DNA of 58,564 bases, the filler included, from an uncultured Acidimicrobiales bacterium (GTDB taxonomy: Bacteria; Actinomycetota; Acidimicrobiia; Acidimicrobiales; UBA10347): assembly GCA_943788915.1 (NCBI GenBank). It is 3 parts of 3 records of this genome, joined end to end, with 100 filler letters (N's around TTAATTAATTAA, not from the genome) between each part and the next. Parts side by side here need not be neighbours in the genome. Positions count along the whole stretch, not along the records: positions 1 to 18,874 come from CALSSD010000023.1; positions 18,975 to 31,769 come from CALSSD010000025.1; 1 more part is not named here. The stretch is one strand, 5' to 3'. Both the position numbers and the translations under genes were made by a program. The stretch's first letter is position 1. Each line of letters begins with the position of its first letter. Positions 10,110 through 19,725 of this stretch are shown here, piece after piece. A model generated the notes under the pieces. That model had not been told where the DNA came from, searched no databases, and worked only from the letters and a program-made list of their open reading frames with translations.

Positions 10110-10952
10110 GTGAAAACGATTCATCGCAGTATCGAACTGATGAAGCAGAGCTGGTCGGTCCTCAAACATGACCGCGAACTCATCTGGCTTCCTGTGATCT
10201 CTGCCCTCGTGGCCGGTATCGTTGCCGCAATCGTTCTGATCCCGGTCGGGTTGTCCCAAGACTGGGACGCCGTATCCGGAACCGGCGAGTCTGCGTCACA
10301 ACAAGTTGGAGGTGGTGTCTATCTCGCCATAGCTGGACTCACCTTGGCCCTGGCATTCATCTCGATCTTCTTCCGAGCCGCACTCGTATCTGGCGCCCAT
10401 GAACGGATGATGGGTGGAGATCCGACCGTACGCAGTGCAATCGCAGGGGCACTCGAACGTCTGCCCAAACTGTTCGGTTGGGCAGTCATCACTACGATTG
10501 TCGGTTCGATTTTGCGAGCTATGGAACAACGTGCCGGACTTCTAGGCCGCATCGTGGTCAACTTGGTGGGTATGGCATGGGCCGTCACCACGTTCTTGGT
10601 GATTCCGGTCATCGTGATTGAGAACTCCGGTGCTGTCGACTCGACGAAACGTTCGGTGGCTCTGTTCCGTCACACCTGGGGCGAGAACCTGTCGGCCCAG
10701 GTCGGCTTCGGCCTCATCGGTTTCCTGGCATTCATCCCGATCGTCATCCTGGCTGCAATCGGAGCAACGATCGGCACCCTGCTCGGTTTCGTCCTTATCG
10801 CCGTTGCAGTCGTGGCGGGCATCGCCTTGATCACGGTGCTCAGTGCATTGGGTGCCATCTTCCAGACAGCGCTCTACCACTACGCCGTAGGCACTGAGCT
10901 CGCTGCCGAGCTCGATGCAACCATGCTGCGCGATTCCTTCGCCCGCAAGTAA
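10110..10952 (+). CDS. DUF6159-like membrane protein
   Basis: KQSWSVLKHDRELIWLP, W...TFLVIPVIVIE, KRS..LF.HTWGE and IFQTALY pattern. GTG 10110 chosen; the upstream part of the 486-aa ORF is an out-of-frame overlap with the MFS gene. Confidence 0.75.
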   Translation: MKTIHRSIELMKQSWSVLKHDRELIWLPVISALVAGIVAAIVLIPVGLSQDWDAVSGTGESASQQVGGGVYLAIAGLTLALAFISIFFRAALVSGAHERMMGGDPTVRSAIAGALERLPKLFGWAVITTIVGSILRAMEQRAGLLGRIVVNLVGMAWAVTTFLVIPVIVIENSGAVDSTKRSVALFRHTWGENLSAQVGFGLIGFLAFIPIVILAAIGATIGTLLGFVLIAVAVVAGIALITVLSALGAIFQTALYHYAVGTELAAELDATMLRDSFARK

Positions 10953-11171
10953 TCAACCACCCCGGCGGCTGCATGCGTGCATGTGTCGTACATCCACCAC
11001 ACTACGCAGACTCTGCACGGCTCCTCCTTGCGGGGCAACGCCGCCGATCGCTGTCGCTCGTTACGGGTCCTTCGGTGCTGGTCCTTCGGTGCTGATGGCC
11101 GGTTGCGCGCCGACCACCAACGGGTGACACCGACGGGGCTCGACCATCGAGAAGAGCTGCTAGCTTGCCGA

Positions 11172-12590
11172 CTAGCCCAACAGCGCCTCGCCCATCGATC
11201 GCAACTTGGCCCGTTGGATTTTGACACCGTTGGGGCCGTCGGTCACCGGGAACGCATCGATGGCGACCACCCGCACCGGGCACTTAAAACGAGCCAAGGA
11301 TGCAGCGCAGTGATCGATGACAACCTGCTCGTCGAAGTCAGCCCCTGGCGACAGGATGACGAAGGCAACCGGACGGGCGCCTTGCTCACGTCCGATCGCA
11401 ACGACCTGGGCCTGATCAATCTCGTCAAGTTGCATGATCACACCTTCGACCTCGGCCGGTGCAACCAGGAACCCGCCCAGCCGCATGACGTCGCCAATGC
11501 GAGTGATGTACTCGAAGCTACGAGGACCATCTTCGACCGCGAGGTCACCCGTCTTGAACCACGGGCCGTCGAAGTTCGCCGCGGTCAGTTCGACATCGAT
11601 CTCGTCGCCGCCGTCGGCCAGATAACCCTCGAACAGGCTCGGGCCTTGGAGCTGAAGTTCATCGTCGACCACCCGGCGCTCGGCGCGGGGCGACACTAAT
11701 TCGCCTGCGGCCTTCCATCGTTGTTCCATCGGCAGGCCTGATGCGCCACGGAACGCATAGAGCGCCTGCACTTCGCTCATGCCGTACAAGCCAGAAAGTG
11801 GAACGCCCCGAGCTTCACACCGTTCGACGATGCCATCAAGGGCACTGTTAAACCTGGCGTATCCGGAACAGTTGATTGTCGACAGATCCCAGTCCGTTGC
11901 CAATAGCCGGTGGAACAGATCGTCGCTTCCGTGCAGCGATGTCACGCCGAGTTCTTGCACCAGCCGCCCGGTCTCCTCGGCTTCAAACGCTGTCGGCATG
12001 ATCACCATTGCATGGCCTGCCAACGCACCCCAGAGAACGGTAAACCCAAAGACGCCACAAAGCGGCAACGGCACCAGCACTGAAGACTCAGCGTTGTAGC
12101 CGAACGCGGCCGCCACATCTGCTCCGTGTGCAGCGATCGACCGTTGTTGGTGCACCACCAACTTGGGTGCACTGGTAGTGCCCGATGTCGTGAAGATTGC
12201 GTAGCGGTCGTCGGCGCTTGCGTCCGGAAAGTTGCGTTGGCCAGCGGAGACTTCCGGGAGATCATCGGCGCTACGGATCACCAGCCGAGCGCCGGAACGT
12301 TCGATGATCGAGTCAGCAAGAGCCGGAGCAAACCGTGCGTTCACCGACATGACGGCGAACCCGCCGACTGCGGCGGCCGCAAGCAGGTCGACGTAGAGCG
12401 GGCTGTTGTGCATCTGCACCGCGATGCGATCGCCTCGTTGCAGACCCGCAGCAGCGAGGTCTGCAGCCAGCCGTTGGCCCGCCTCTAGGACCTGATCACA
12501 GGTGCGTTCGTTTCCCTGTGCATCGACAATCACCGATGTCGACTGGCGGAGCAGATCAACAATCGTGTCGACCCGGATCACACCAGTCAT
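11172..12590 (-). CDS. AMP-dependent acyl-CoA synthetase/ligase
   Basis: FTTSGTTSAPK, YGMSE, WFKTGD and GVKIQR motifs. ATG 12590 follows GGGGGAG; an alternative coupled start is 12665. Confidence 0.88.
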   Translation of the reverse strand: MTGVIRVDTIVDLLRQSTSVIVDAQGNERTCDQVLEAGQRLAADLAAAGLQRGDRIAVQMHNSPLYVDLLAAAAVGGFAVMSVNARFAPALADSIIERSGARLVIRSADDLPEVSAGQRNFPDASADDRYAIFTTSGTTSAPKLVVHQQRSIAAHGADVAAAFGYNAESSVLVPLPLCGVFGFTVLWGALAGHAMVIMPTAFEAEETGRLVQELGVTSLHGSDDLFHRLLATDWDLSTINCSGYARFNSALDGIVERCEARGVPLSGLYGMSEVQALYAFRGASGLPMEQRWKAAGELVSPRAERRVVDDELQLQGPSLFEGYLADGGDEIDVELTAANFDGPWFKTGDLAVEDGPRSFEYITRIGDVMRLGGFLVAPAEVEGVIMQLDEIDQAQVVAIGREQGARPVAFVILSPGADFDEQVVIDHCAASLARFKCPVRVVAIDAFPVTDGPNGVKIQRAKLRSMGEALLG

Positions 12591-12661
12591 GTCGTCTCCC
12601 CCGATCTGTGAGCCCCATAAACGCACATACCGCGGCCGCACGCTCACGGATCCTGGCGCGG

Positions 12662-13750
12662 TCATGCGGTGGCCTCGGCTAGAGCAGGAATGATTCGTTC
12701 GCCAACGGTGCGTATCACTTCGTAGCGGGGCTCCAACGGAGGAAGCAACATCATCTGGTCAACGCCAGCCTGCTCAAGGCCGAGCAGTCGTTCCACGATC
12801 ACGTCCTCGGTTCCGACAAGACACGAAGACTCGATCAACGCCTTGGTCACGAATCGCTCTTCTTCTGGAACTACCCAGCAGTTGTGCCCCGCGTGAACTC
12901 GTTGGTGACGGATCGCTTCGGGAACCTGCTCGAGCACAGCGGTGTAGTCGTCCCACACCTCGAGCACCGCTGGGTTGCGAGGTAACCGGCCAAAGTTGCG
13001 CCATTGGTCGTAGCTGTAGTGCAAACTGGCAATTGCGAATGCCCCGCATAAGTGCCGCACCCGATCGGAGTCTGTTGCCTCGCCCGGGGTAAGCACGACG
13101 ATCGTGTTCAGTGTTGTGGCTGGGAAGGTCATTCGGTCGACCTGGCGACCTGCTTCGGCGGCACCTCGCTCGACACCGCGCCACAGCCCCTCGGCCAACG
13201 CTGGATCTGGCGGAACCGAGAGCACGAGACCGTCGCCATGTTTGCCAGCGAGCGCCAACGACTTCGGACCGAAACCAGACACATACATGGGGATCGGGTC
13301 TTCGAAGTTCACAAAGCCCGCGTCGGGCATGATATGGCGCACCGGGGATGTCTTACCTCGCCATTCGACCATCGCCTCTTCGCCAGCAAGCAAGGGCTTG
13401 AGCTCGGTCAGGTACTGATCAAACTGGGCGATCGTCATTGGCTTGTGGCCCATAATGCGCATTGCGGTGTTGCCGGTACCGATGCCGCAAAACGTGCGTC
13501 CGGGCGCGATCTGATTGATCGTGGCCATCGACGCTGCTGTCACCGGCGCTGGCCGTGTAGCGGCGACCGAAACGCCCGTTCCAATCTTGATCGTCGACGT
13601 GCGATCCGCTGCGAGCGCTGCGGTTGCATACGCATCACTCCAGATCATCTGACTGTCAGCGAACCAGGCGTGGGTGAAACCCAACCGTTCTGCCTCGACG
13701 ACATAATCGATGTCGTCGATCTTGCTTGCCACACAAATTCCAAGCTTCAT
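12662..13750 (-). CDS. LLM class flavin (FMN/F420)-dependent oxidoreductase, Mer-like
   Basis: AERLGFTHAWFADSQ, TSTIKIGTGV, GIGTGN and GPKSLALAG motifs. Confidence 0.88.
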   Translation of the reverse strand: MKLGICVASKIDDIDYVVEAERLGFTHAWFADSQMIWSDAYATAALAADRTSTIKIGTGVSVAATRPAPVTAASMATINQIAPGRTFCGIGTGNTAMRIMGHKPMTIAQFDQYLTELKPLLAGEEAMVEWRGKTSPVRHIMPDAGFVNFEDPIPMYVSGFGPKSLALAGKHGDGLVLSVPPDPALAEGLWRGVERGAAEAGRQVDRMTFPATTLNTIVVLTPGEATDSDRVRHLCGAFAIASLHYSYDQWRNFGRLPRNPAVLEVWDDYTAVLEQVPEAIRHQRVHAGHNCWVVPEEERFVTKALIESSCLVGTEDVIVERLLGLEQAGVDQMMLLPPLEPRYEVIRTVGERIIPALAEATA

Positions 13751-13959
13751 CCCTTGATCTTGCCAGCCCGCCAGAACCGCCAGCGAATTGTGATCTCCAT
13801 AGGGGTCAACAATTGGATGAGCAATGAGGTGCGACGTCGCAGCCAAAGGAAGTCGATGGCAACGACCTGGCGTTGCGTCATTGCAGCCTCGACCGTAAAC
13901 ATGGGTGCATCGCCGTTGCCACCGCCCGCAGCTAACGCCAGCTGATCCGGAGCGGCTTC

Positions 13960-13996
13960 ATGAAATGTTACGTCCCCTGGGGACGTAACATTTCAT
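13960..13996. repeat. Perfect 37-bp palindrome (18-bp arms, 1-nt centre)
   Basis: ATGAAATGTTACGTCCCC-T-GGGGACGTAACATTTCAT; the arms are exact reverse complements. Confidence 0.95.
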
Positions 13997-14014
13997 TTCT
14001 CGACAACCTCGAAG

Positions 14015-14280
14015 GTGTGCGAGTTGCTGCTCGTGCGTCATGGTGAGCAGCAATACAAATGAGGAATGACGATCGCCGCCAGCGTAAATCCTCCCCTATC
14101 TGAGCTTGGCCAACAACAGGCCGCAGCGGTTGGTGCCCGACTGGCCGACCATGACTTCGTTTGCCATATACACCACACCTCGCTCACGACCGTGCGAGCA
14201 ATGGACGATTACCGACGCGTTGTCGCGGTTAATGACTTCACCCATGTGTTGCCGTTCCAGAAGTCGATCAACAAGCTCAC
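14015..14280 (+). pseudogene. Histidine phosphatase (phosphoglycerate mutase family) remnant
   Basis: ELLLVRHGEQ (RHG at 14036), in-frame TGA at 14060, NPPLSELGQQQA, then directly HTSLT...VNDFTH. The central part is missing. The end coordinate is approximate. Confidence 0.7.
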
Positions 14281-14415
14281 GCCAATTAGGCCAGGCGTCG
14301 CCCTTGTCTTCTTGCTTCGCTGCCACGACTGCGTTGGCATGCAGCGCGAGCCCCCATCTGGGCGAGATTGCCGGAGCCTTGGGCTACGTGCCGTTTTGAT
14401 CACTACTCTCGTGCC

Positions 14416-15987
14416 GTGGCACTACTGACACGAGGGTTCGCGGAAGCGCGCAGCAATGAATTGGCCTTGGCCGACGACGTTGCGGAAATGACGTGGGCAG
14501 AGCTCGATATCGCGGTGAACCGCGCCCTGAACGCGCTTGCTGATCTGGACATCGGCGCCGGCGACACCGTGGCTATCGTTGCTGGCAACTGCAACGAATG
14601 GTTCATCCTTTCGCTGGCCTGCGGCCACTCAGGCATCACTTTCGTGCCGGTGAACTGGCACCTCGTAGCTCCGGAGCTCGCCTACATATTCGGCGACTCC
14701 GATGCCAAGGCCGTATTTGTCGGGCACCACTATGCCGATGTCGTGCATACTGCGCTCGCCGATGAACGCTGCAGCAACATCGAGCATGCCGTCGTCTTCA
14801 GAAATCCAGAGACCAACGCAAGTGACGACAGGTTCAAAGACTTCAACGCGCTGCTGACCGCGGCCGAGGTCAGCGAGCCCGAGAAACAACTCATGGGCGG
14901 ACCCATGTTCTACACGTCCGGTACCACTGGACACCCGAAAGGCGTACGTGGCTCACTGACCTCGGTAGGCGACGATGTTGGCGCTGAGATCTGGCAACTC
15001 GTCGGCGCAGGTTTCGCGTCACTCATGACTGTTCCGGGGGTAACCGTGCTTTGTGGTCCGATCTACCACTCGGCCCAATGGGCATTCTCGTGGCTTCCGA
15101 TGATTGCCGGCTCAGCCGTGGTGATGCAGCACAAGTACGACAGTGCCGGCGTACTCGACCTGATCGACCACCATCAGGCAACAAACATCCACCTTGTTCC
15201 GACCCAGATGAAGCGACTCATCGATCTGCCCGACGCGGTGAAGTCTTCGTTCGACGGTTCATCGCTCGACATAGTGCTGCACGGCGCAGCGCCGTGTCCT
15301 CCGGTGGTCAAGCAATCCCTCATCGAGTGGTGGGGTCCAAAGATCAGCGAGTACTACGGATCGACCGAAGGTTCGGTCGTATCCATGGTCGACAGCGAAC
15401 AATGGCTCGCCAAAGGCGGAAGCGTCGGTCCGGCCATGCCGAATATCGAGATCATGATCATCGGCGACGATGGCCAGCCATGCGCCACCAACGAGTCCGG
15501 AACGATCTACTTCCGTAATCAGATGGGCAAAGACTTCGAATATCACAAGGCGCCGGAGAAGACCGCCGAGGTACACCTCGAACCCGGCGTAGCTACCAGC
15601 GGCGATGTTGGTTACCTCGACGAGGATGGTTTCCTGTGGTTATCAGATCGCAAGATCGACATGATCATCAGCGGCGGTGTCAATATCTATCCGGCCGAGA
15701 TCGAAGGTGTCATCGGCGGCCACGACGACGTGGCCGATGTGACCGTCATTGGTGTGCCAAACGACGAATACGGCGAGGAGGTCAAGGCCGTGGTCGTAGC
15801 AAACGAGGGTGTCGAGGCCGAAGCACTCGGCGACACACTGCGAGCGTTCTGTCGCGAACAGCTTGCGAGTTACAAGGTGCCCCGCTCGATCGACTTCGTC
15901 GAGGCTCTGCCGAGAACCGGCACCGGCAAGGTCCAGAAGCGCAAGCTGCGCGAGGAATACTGGGCCGGCCACGAACGGGCCATGTAG
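14416..15987 (+). CDS. Acyl-CoA synthetase (long-chain fatty acid-CoA ligase family)
   Basis: YTSGTTGHPKG, YYGSTEG, SGDVGY, DRKIDMIISGGVNIYPAEIE and TGKVQK motifs. GTG 14416 lies 6 nt after TACTCT. Confidence 0.92.
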   Translation: MALLTRGFAEARSNELALADDVAEMTWAELDIAVNRALNALADLDIGAGDTVAIVAGNCNEWFILSLACGHSGITFVPVNWHLVAPELAYIFGDSDAKAVFVGHHYADVVHTALADERCSNIEHAVVFRNPETNASDDRFKDFNALLTAAEVSEPEKQLMGGPMFYTSGTTGHPKGVRGSLTSVGDDVGAEIWQLVGAGFASLMTVPGVTVLCGPIYHSAQWAFSWLPMIAGSAVVMQHKYDSAGVLDLIDHHQATNIHLVPTQMKRLIDLPDAVKSSFDGSSLDIVLHGAAPCPPVVKQSLIEWWGPKISEYYGSTEGSVVSMVDSEQWLAKGGSVGPAMPNIEIMIIGDDGQPCATNESGTIYFRNQMGKDFEYHKAPEKTAEVHLEPGVATSGDVGYLDEDGFLWLSDRKIDMIISGGVNIYPAEIEGVIGGHDDVADVTVIGVPNDEYGEEVKAVVVANEGVEAEALGDTLRAFCREQLASYKVPRSIDFVEALPRTGTGKVQKRKLREEYWAGHERAM

Positions 15988-16151
15988 CCCGAAAGAACCG
16001 ACGAACCGACGGCAACGTACACCGATAGTTGTGCCGCTCGTATCGGTTGGTAGCCCTCGCTCCGATAGCGGATAGTCCGCAGTTGCGCCGCGTCGCTGCT
16101 TGAGATGCGCCAGTCGGCGGTTCGGTCCAGCTGCCTACACTTAAGGCTGTT

Positions 16152-16346
16152 ATGGCCAAGACACCTCGGAAGCTCAAGAAGGCTCGAGCCCGCCACGCTC
16201 AGTCATGTGAAGGCAAACAACCGCACAAGTCCAAGCGCGAGGCCCAGGACGTAGCCAAGAAACTGCGAGTCGAACGTGGCCGACGAGGCCTGCAGGCTTA
16301 CAACTGCCAAACCTGCGGCAAGTGGCACCTCGGCAACAAACCGTGA
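16152..16346 (+). CDS. Small basic putative zinc-finger protein (C19...C52xxC55xxxH59)
   Basis: 64 aa, 19 Lys/Arg; CxGK...AYxCxxCxxWHL pattern; TACACT -10 box at 16136-16141; fills an otherwise empty intergenic gap. Confidence 0.72.
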   Translation: MAKTPRKLKKARARHAQSCEGKQPHKSKREAQDVAKKLRVERGRRGLQAYNCQTCGKWHLGNKP

Positions 16347-16469
16347 GCTGCTCATCGAGCGACATCGCCGCGTCTAGGCCGGCCCCGAACGATGTGACCC
16401 GATATCTTGTGGCCGCGGACATCACAAGTGAAGCTCTGAACCACCCGCAGCTACAGCGCCTCGATTGAG

Positions 16470-17774
16470 ATGACCATGCCTCACTCCCTCATACCCCCGC
16501 TTCACGCCCGCATCTCTCTGGTCCTCGCCGGACTGGCACTACTTGCCGTTGCATGCGGCGGACCCGAAGCCTCCGATCAGCTGTCCGCTGCCGAAGAAGC
16601 CGCAACTGTTCCCCAGCCCAACGCGGCGGAACCAACCTCTGAACCAACCACTGAACCGGCGAGTGCCCCAGACCCCACGGCCGCACCTGTGCCAACAGCC
16701 GTTCCGGCACCCACGGCTGAGCCAACACCACAACCGGTGGCGCCGCCAGCAACCTTCTCGGAGCGTGGCCCCCTATGCCGTCGGTGTAACGACCCGCAGC
16801 CCTCGGCGATCGCGACGTAGAAGTTTGGTACCCGGTCGATCCAGAGTTGGTCGACGGCCAACCCACTGAGACGTTCGATGCCGCTCACCCGCGTTTCCCC
16901 GAGCCCTTACGAGTGATCGTCCCACTCGAACTCAGCGGGTGAGTACGACACCCCTGGCGTTCCGCGATGCCGCCGCACTACCGGAAGCCTTCCCGGTGCT
17001 TATCTATGGACATGGGTTTGGTGGATACCGCCAGATTGCCACCCATTTCACCAGCCACCTCGCACTCCTGGGGATATGTCGTCGTCAGTGCCGATCATTT
17101 GGAACGCGGCATCGCCGAACAGACACTTGACCTGGTCGGCAGTGGGTTATTCGATGAGTCGAACAGTCGGCCCGATGCCGCCGTCGACGATGTACGTAAC
17201 ACCATCGATCTACTTGGAGTGCTCTCGACGGAGGGGCTACTCGCCGGCGCGATGGATCTCGATCGGCTCGCCATAAGCGGTCACTCAGCCGGCGCATGGG
17301 CGGCCGTCCAGTCCGCCGCCACTGAGCCTGATCGCATCGATGGTTGGATCAGCATCTCTGGAGGCACTCGCGATGGACTTGCACTCACCCAGCCCGGCCT
17401 GATCGTGATCGGTGAACTCGATGCCGTCGTGCCTGCCGAACGAAGTTACGAACTGTTCGAGACAGCCGGTGTCGCCCTGTCACTGCTGAACATTCAGGGT
17501 GCCGGTCACAACTCCTTCACCGATCCTTGCCGAGGGATCGCCGATCTCGGAGGCCTGGGCGCGCTTACTGCGTTACTCGGCGAGGAACAGGTCGCCCGAG
17601 CTGAGGATGGCTGCACCTCAGGTGCAACTGAAACCCGAGATCGCACAAGCAATGGTCAACCACGTAACCGTGGCATGGCTCAACACGTTGTTCGACATCT
17701 CGATGACCGGCGACCCACTCGCTGTCGAAGTTGTGGCCGGGCTCGGGCCGCTTGAGGACTATCGGCCCAACTAA
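16470..17774 (+). pseudogene. Lipoprotein alpha/beta hydrolase (dienelactone hydrolase/PAF-acetylhydrolase-like), multiple frameshifts
   Basis: Lipobox LAVAC, Pro/Thr/Ala linker, then GPYAVG, VEVWYP, FPVLIYGHG, WGYVVVSADH, nucleophile GHSAG, GELD and GAGHNSF spread over several frames. Shifts are mostly single extra bases. Confidence 0.78.
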
Positions 17775-17846
17775 CGCACATTGTTCGTTACCGGTTCGCG
17801 GCCGCTTCGGTTTGGTCCAGTTTGCAAGACCGGCTTGAGTGGAGTC

Positions 17847-18641
17847 ATGCCTCTTGTTGAAGCAACACCAGATCATCCCGTGCGGGTCGAAGTCAGCAAC
17901 GGCATCGGCACGCTGACGATGCACCGGCCCGAGGCCCGCAATGCGATCAACCCGGCCATGCGACGGGCCCTACGCTCATCGCTCGCAAAGTTCGAAGCCA
18001 GCGACGACGTGCAGGTCATGATCTTGACAGGCACCGATCCTGCATTCACCGCTGGGCTCGACCTGAAGATGATCGGCGATGACCGCACCAGCCTGTTGAG
18101 TGAAACCCCGGTCGGCAGCTCCAACCCATTTCCCGTCTCGGACTAAACCGCTGATCGGAGCGATCAACGGGGTGGCTATCACCGGCGGCTTCGAGCTTGC
18201 ACTCAACTGCGACTTCCTCATCGCTTCAGAACATGCCCGGTTCGCGGACACTCACGCTCGTGTTGGCGTCATGCCCGGTTGGGGGCTGACCGCGCTTCTC
18301 GCCGATGCCGTCGGCCGAACTCGAGCACGGCAGATCTCGCTCACCGGCAACTTCGTGACTGCGGATCAGGCACTGCACTGGGGCCTGGTCAACGAGGTCG
18401 TCGCCCACCCCCAACTCATGGGCCGCACCCGAGAAATCGCGGCAGCGATTGTCGACAACGACCAACTTGGCGTGCGCCAGATGCTGGCAACCTATGCGAG
18501 CCAGGAAGCCGAAGCACTCAGCCCGATGTGGGATCTGGAATCAGCTGGCTCAGCAGACTTCGGAAAAAGCGACAACGCCGGGCGCAGATGTTGAAGCCCG
18601 GGCGTGAATCGATTATGGAGCGGGGTCGAGCCCAGCTGTGA
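17847..18641 (+). pseudogene. Enoyl-CoA hydratase/crotonase, frameshifted (possibly sequencing indels)
   Basis: RPEARNA and AFTAGLDL in frame 1; KPLIGAINGVAITGGFELALNCD and FADTHARVG in frame 2; [13 protein letters not shown] in frame 3. Confidence 0.85.
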
Positions 18642-18766
18642 GAGTTCCGGCTCTGAGAGTTCCGGCTCTGAGAGTTCCGGCTCTGAGAGTTCCGGCTCTG
18701 AGAGTTCCGGCTCTGAGAGTTCCGGCTCTGAGAGTTCCGGCTCTGAGAGTTCCGGCTCTGAGAGTT
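18639..18766. repeat. Perfect tandem repeat, 15-bp unit TGAGAGTTCCGGCTC x8 plus 8 nt
   Basis: Eight identical units from 18639 to 18758, then TGAGAGTT. No spacers. Confidence 0.97.
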
Positions 18767-18874
18767 ATTGAGCGATCTGACCAATGACCATCTGTGGTTG
18801 CACGTTGGTGTAGTTCGGAACATCGCCCATGATGGCAGGCGCCGTGTTCCTGGAGTGCCTTGTCGAGTGCTTCT
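18765..18874 (-). CDS. EthD family reductase, 3' fragment at contig end
   Basis: Minus strand reads [11 protein letters not shown] / [28 protein letters not shown] (one frameshift), a typical EthD C-terminus. Not in the ORF track. Confidence 0.6.
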
Positions 18875-18974
18875 NNNNNNNNNNNNNNNNNNNNNNNNNN
18901 NNNNNNNNNNNNNNNNNNTTAATTAATTAANNNNNNNNNNNNNNNNNNNNNNNNNNNNNNNNNNNNNNNNNNNN
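18875..18974. other. Artificial contig linker N44-TTAATTAATTAA-N44
   Basis: Exactly 100 bp; the 12-mer has stop codons in all six frames; genes on both sides are truncated. Confidence 0.97.
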
Positions 18975-19656
18975 GTGAGCGGTACGGAATATTCACTGCG
19001 CCGGTGATGTGTCCGGACCTGGGCCCGTACGACGTGCCGGTGCCGTCGAAGCTGTCGGCCGGAAGTGCGTCGACCAAGCATGCTGGCGCCTGGGCGCCGT
19101 CGGCATCGATCCCTTGTACCGCAGCGAGCACGTCGGCCTTGGTGGCTCGGGCGGATTCCCAGCCAGATGCGGGCACGAATGGCGCTGTTTCTGGGACTGT
19201 CGAGGGCTGGTCGGTCAGCGGCCGGCCTTCGGCCTCCCACCGCTCGAGGCCACCGTGCAGAATGGCACAGTCGACGCCGTAATGGTGCATGGTCCACCAC
19301 GCACGGGTGCACCACATGGTGCCCGAGTCAATGCCGTCACGTGGTGTTCGAGCCACGAGGACCACCTTGGTTTCCGGCCCCACACCAACGGCGGCGAGCG
19401 AGGCGACCACCTCGTCGGGAGTCGGCCACATCCACGGAAGCGCGGCGTCCTGATTCGAAAGCACGCCCTTGCCTGCTGACACGTCGAAGAACAACGAGCC
19501 GGGAATATGGCTGTCGTGATAACACTCGGCCTCGGCTCGGTTCTCGAGCTTGCTGGTCAGCTTGGCGGTGACATCGAGAACTCGAACGCTGGCATTGTCG
19601 AGTTGGCCGGCGAGCCATTCGGTTGTCACGAGGTAGTCAGGTTTGGTGAAGTTCAT
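18975..19656 (-). CDS. Sulfurtransferase (tandem rhodanese, SseA/MST-like), 3' truncated by contig end
   Basis: LVTTEWLA, HIPGS, RAWW, ILHGGLERWEAEGRP and RSGHITGAVNIP motifs. Confidence 0.88.
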
Positions 19657-19725
19657 GCACCTGTGACACTAATCAGAGCAGCTCGAAGTAATGACACCGC
19701 AGCTTGTTGTCAGAGTGTCGAGAAT

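Noticed and set aside
11066..11094. 14-bp tandem duplication GGTCCTTCGGTGCT x2
   Set aside because: Only two copies in a convergent intergenic gap, consistent with a simple slippage event.
14060..14062. In-frame TGA as selenocysteine or readthrough
   Set aside because: It is not at a catalytic Cys position, no SECIS-like hairpin is evident, and the gene has other lesions.
18639..18766. CRISPR array
   Set aside because: The units are 15 bp, contiguous and have no unique spacers; no cas genes are present.
18518..18823. ORF with SQSRN repeats as a repeat protein
   Set aside because: It is only the translation of the DNA tandem repeat and overlaps the real crotonase and EthD ends.
18919..18930. 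TTAATTAATTAA palindrome as a biological site (also 31814-31825)
   Set aside because: It is an artificial six-frame stop linker embedded in N runs.
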